From: Podospora anserina
Lineage: Eukaryota
Direction: 5' to 3'
Assembly (NCBI GenBank): GCA_017654855.1
Contig: CM030335.1
Coordinates: 2,480,001 to 2,544,000 of the forward strand
Length of the DNA: 64,000 nt
Below are positions 61,564-64,000 of the stretch, in pieces (positions within the stretch are counted from its first letter, which is position 1; each line of letters starts with the position of its first letter). A program made the position numbers and the translations under genes. The notes below the pieces were generated by a model, which ran no database searches, had not been told where the DNA came from, and was given only the letters and a program-made list of their open reading frames with translations.

Positions 61564-63311
61564 ATGAGCCCCCCATCGCAACAAAAAAGAGTATTATTCA
61601 GCTGGAAGAACAAGGAAAAGAAGACTACCTCGACCACAATGTCAACCTCACAATCACCACCACCGGGCCCTTCCCAACAACCACCACCCCAAGCCACCAC
61701 CTCATCACAACCCGACGACCTCGAAGTCGTAACCGACGACAACGACAGCGACTACTCCTCCATCGACTCGGAAATCCCCTTTTCCACCCCCAATCTCCCC
61801 CCTTCCATGACCACAATGATGATAGACAGCCTCTTCACAACCCCACCCCCCCTCCACGACCCCCTCATCACCCCAACCTCCACCCTCCAAGACGAGACCC
61901 TATCCGACATTCTCCCCTTCCTCTCCTCCTCCCCCCTCCCCCCCGATCTCTTCACCTACAACGCCTACAACGTCCCCTCCCTCCGCCGGGAGGCTCACAT
62001 TGCCTTTCTTCATGCCTCGCTCGGTAGGTTGCCAGGGAAGTTTGTCGCCGCGGACGCGAGCAGGCCCTGGTTTTTGTACTGGTGTCTTAGCGGGTTGGCC
62101 ATGTTGGGGGAGGACGTGAGCCGGTATAGGGATAGTGTAAAAGAGACGGCGAGGTCGATGCAGAATGGGAGTGGGGGGTTTGGTGGTGGGGGTGGGCAGC
62201 TGAGTCATCTTGCTACGTCGTATGCGGTGGTGCTGGCGTTGGCGATTGTTGGGGTGAGTTTTACTGGATAGAAAATTAAAGAGGGTTTGTTTGCTGATGA
62301 TGAAAAAACTTTTTTTTAAAAAAAAATAGGGAGAGGAAGGCTTTGAGGTTATTGATAGGAGGCAGATGTGGAGGTGGCTGGGGGGGTTGAAGCAGAGGGA
62401 TGGTGGGTTTGAGGTTTGTAGGGGGGGGGAGGAGGACATTAGGTACGTTGTTGCTATGCTGGGAATGGATTAGGGGTAAAGGGCTGATGATGGATACAGA
62501 GGGGCGTACTGTGCAGCTGTTATCATCACGCTGCTCGATCTGCCGCTCGATCTAACTCCCGAATCGCCCGCATATAAACCCGACGACCCGAGTTTTAACC
62601 TCCTGTCTGGAGTAGCTGACTACGTTCGACGATGTGAGTGTTCTTTTCTTCTAGCCTCCCCCACTCTCCCACACGAATTTTACCAACATCATTTTGCTAG
62701 GCCAAACCTACGAAGGCGGGATATCCTCCTCCCCCTCCGCCGAAGCCCACGGCGCCTACGCCTTTTGCGCATTGGGGTGCCTCTCCCTCCTCGGCCCCCC
62801 GAGTATCACCATCCCCCAAACCCTCAACCTCCCCTCCCTTCTGTCATGGCTCTCTAGCCGGCAGTACGCCCCCGAAGGAGGCTTCTCGGGGCGGACCAAC
62901 AAGCTCGTTGATGGGTGTTATTCCCACTGGGTCGGGGCGTGCTTCCCCTTGATCGAGGCCGCTCTGGCCAATTCCCCAACTCCGGTGAATGACAGTTTGT
63001 TCAGTCGGGAGGGGTTGATACGTTATATTCTGAACTGCTGTCAGGATGAGACTAAGAGGGGGGGGCTGAGGGATAAGCCGGGCAAGATGAGTGACGCGTA
63101 TCATAGCTGTTATGTGCTGAGTGGTTTGAGCGCGGGGATGCATCAGTGGGTGTTGGAAGACGAGGAGTGGATGGTGCTGCCTTATTTGGAAGGGGAGCAG
63201 GTTTTTGAGAATGCGGATCGGGTGAGGCCGGTGCATCCTGTTTATGTGATCCCGCAAGGGGCGGTGAGGGCGATGAGGGGGTATTTTAGGGGGAAGGGGG
63301 GGTTTAACTGA
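61564..63311 (+). CDS. RAM1: Protein farnesyltransferase beta subunit; exons 61564-62253, 62330-62442, 62500-62633, 62701-63311
   Basis: DASRPWFLYW, GGFGGGGGQLSHLATSYA, GEEDIRGAYCA, CQTYEGG, EAHGAYAFC, GRTNKLVDGCYSHW and GGLRDKPGK.SDAYHSCY. Alternative start near 61639. Confidence 0.93.
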
Positions 63312-64000
63312 GTCTTGTGTTTGGTGATGGTGTGGTTGGAAGATATATGTGTGTTGAGTCTGGAAGGGTTTGTACGGGAATAAAATAGGATATGTGTATG
63401 TTTGGTGTAGGTCGTTGGGCCACTGGGATATACGTTGGCAAATGGGATAACATGGTGTCAAAAAGTTATTTTAGTTGCTTTTTGCTTGTGGTCACTGAAC
63501 AGAGGAATGAGAATAAAATGCTGTCGAGAAACAACGCGCATGTTGTCATGGCGAGGGCAGATAAAATTGTGGATTGCTTGTTGTTGGCTTCGGAGTGGAA
63601 ACGTTCTTTGGATTGTCTATCGGCAACCTGTTGCAAACAAGGTTGATGATATGTTGCAAAGTAGGGGACGTCAAAATTCCAAGAGAATGTGGAAGGAAGT
63701 CAAAGAGTTTGTCAAGTGCAGTGAAATCTAAAGTTGCTTGCAGTTGACCTTCAGTCTGGCGAGGAAGAGAAGAGAAGAGCAGAGCAGATATCACGTGTCT
63801 AATCACATTTATTCCGCCGTGACCACCCCAAACCAACCGCTCTCAAAGCAAGAGAGAGATGTCCAAATCCGGTGAAACAAGGGTACTTGATTGGCTGTTT
63901 CATGGCCTCTCTGTACATGTGAGAATCGTTAGCTCGCCGGACGAATACGGATGGCAACAGCAACCTGTCGCCATGATGGTCAGATGAGAAATGAGCAGTC

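Overview
Eukaryotic, intron-containing, gene-dense window from a filamentous ascomycete. Short GT-AG introns with CTRAC-type branch sites and the gene content suggest Sordariales, possibly Podospora-like (inference). I can support 24 protein-coding genes, with exon structures rebuilt by hand. Housekeeping genes: Stn1-like OB protein, DNAJC9-like J protein, Rib2-type deaminase, PEX11-family protein, complex I 51 kDa subunit, dynactin p27, TRM7, MAK5, 4-unit polyubiquitin and farnesyltransferase beta. Carbohydrate genes: GH81 glucanase (runs off the left edge), three consecutive membrane-anchored glycosyltransferases (GT32, GT15, GT69), and a head-to-head GH74 xyloglucanase/GH2 beta-galactosidase pair. 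There are also a Zn2Cys6 regulator, a GNAT and several uncharacterised proteins. Best leads: the three-GT cluster, a secreted PHM-like putative copper protein, a pseudo-HFCD/F-box/ankyrin-like fusion, a TGLE-repeat tail on Stn1, the xyloglucan gene pair, a secreted acidic repeat protein and a candidate structured ncRNA. I recognised no tRNA, rRNA, transposon or CRISPR array. Family calls come from motif recognition only; no database searches were run.
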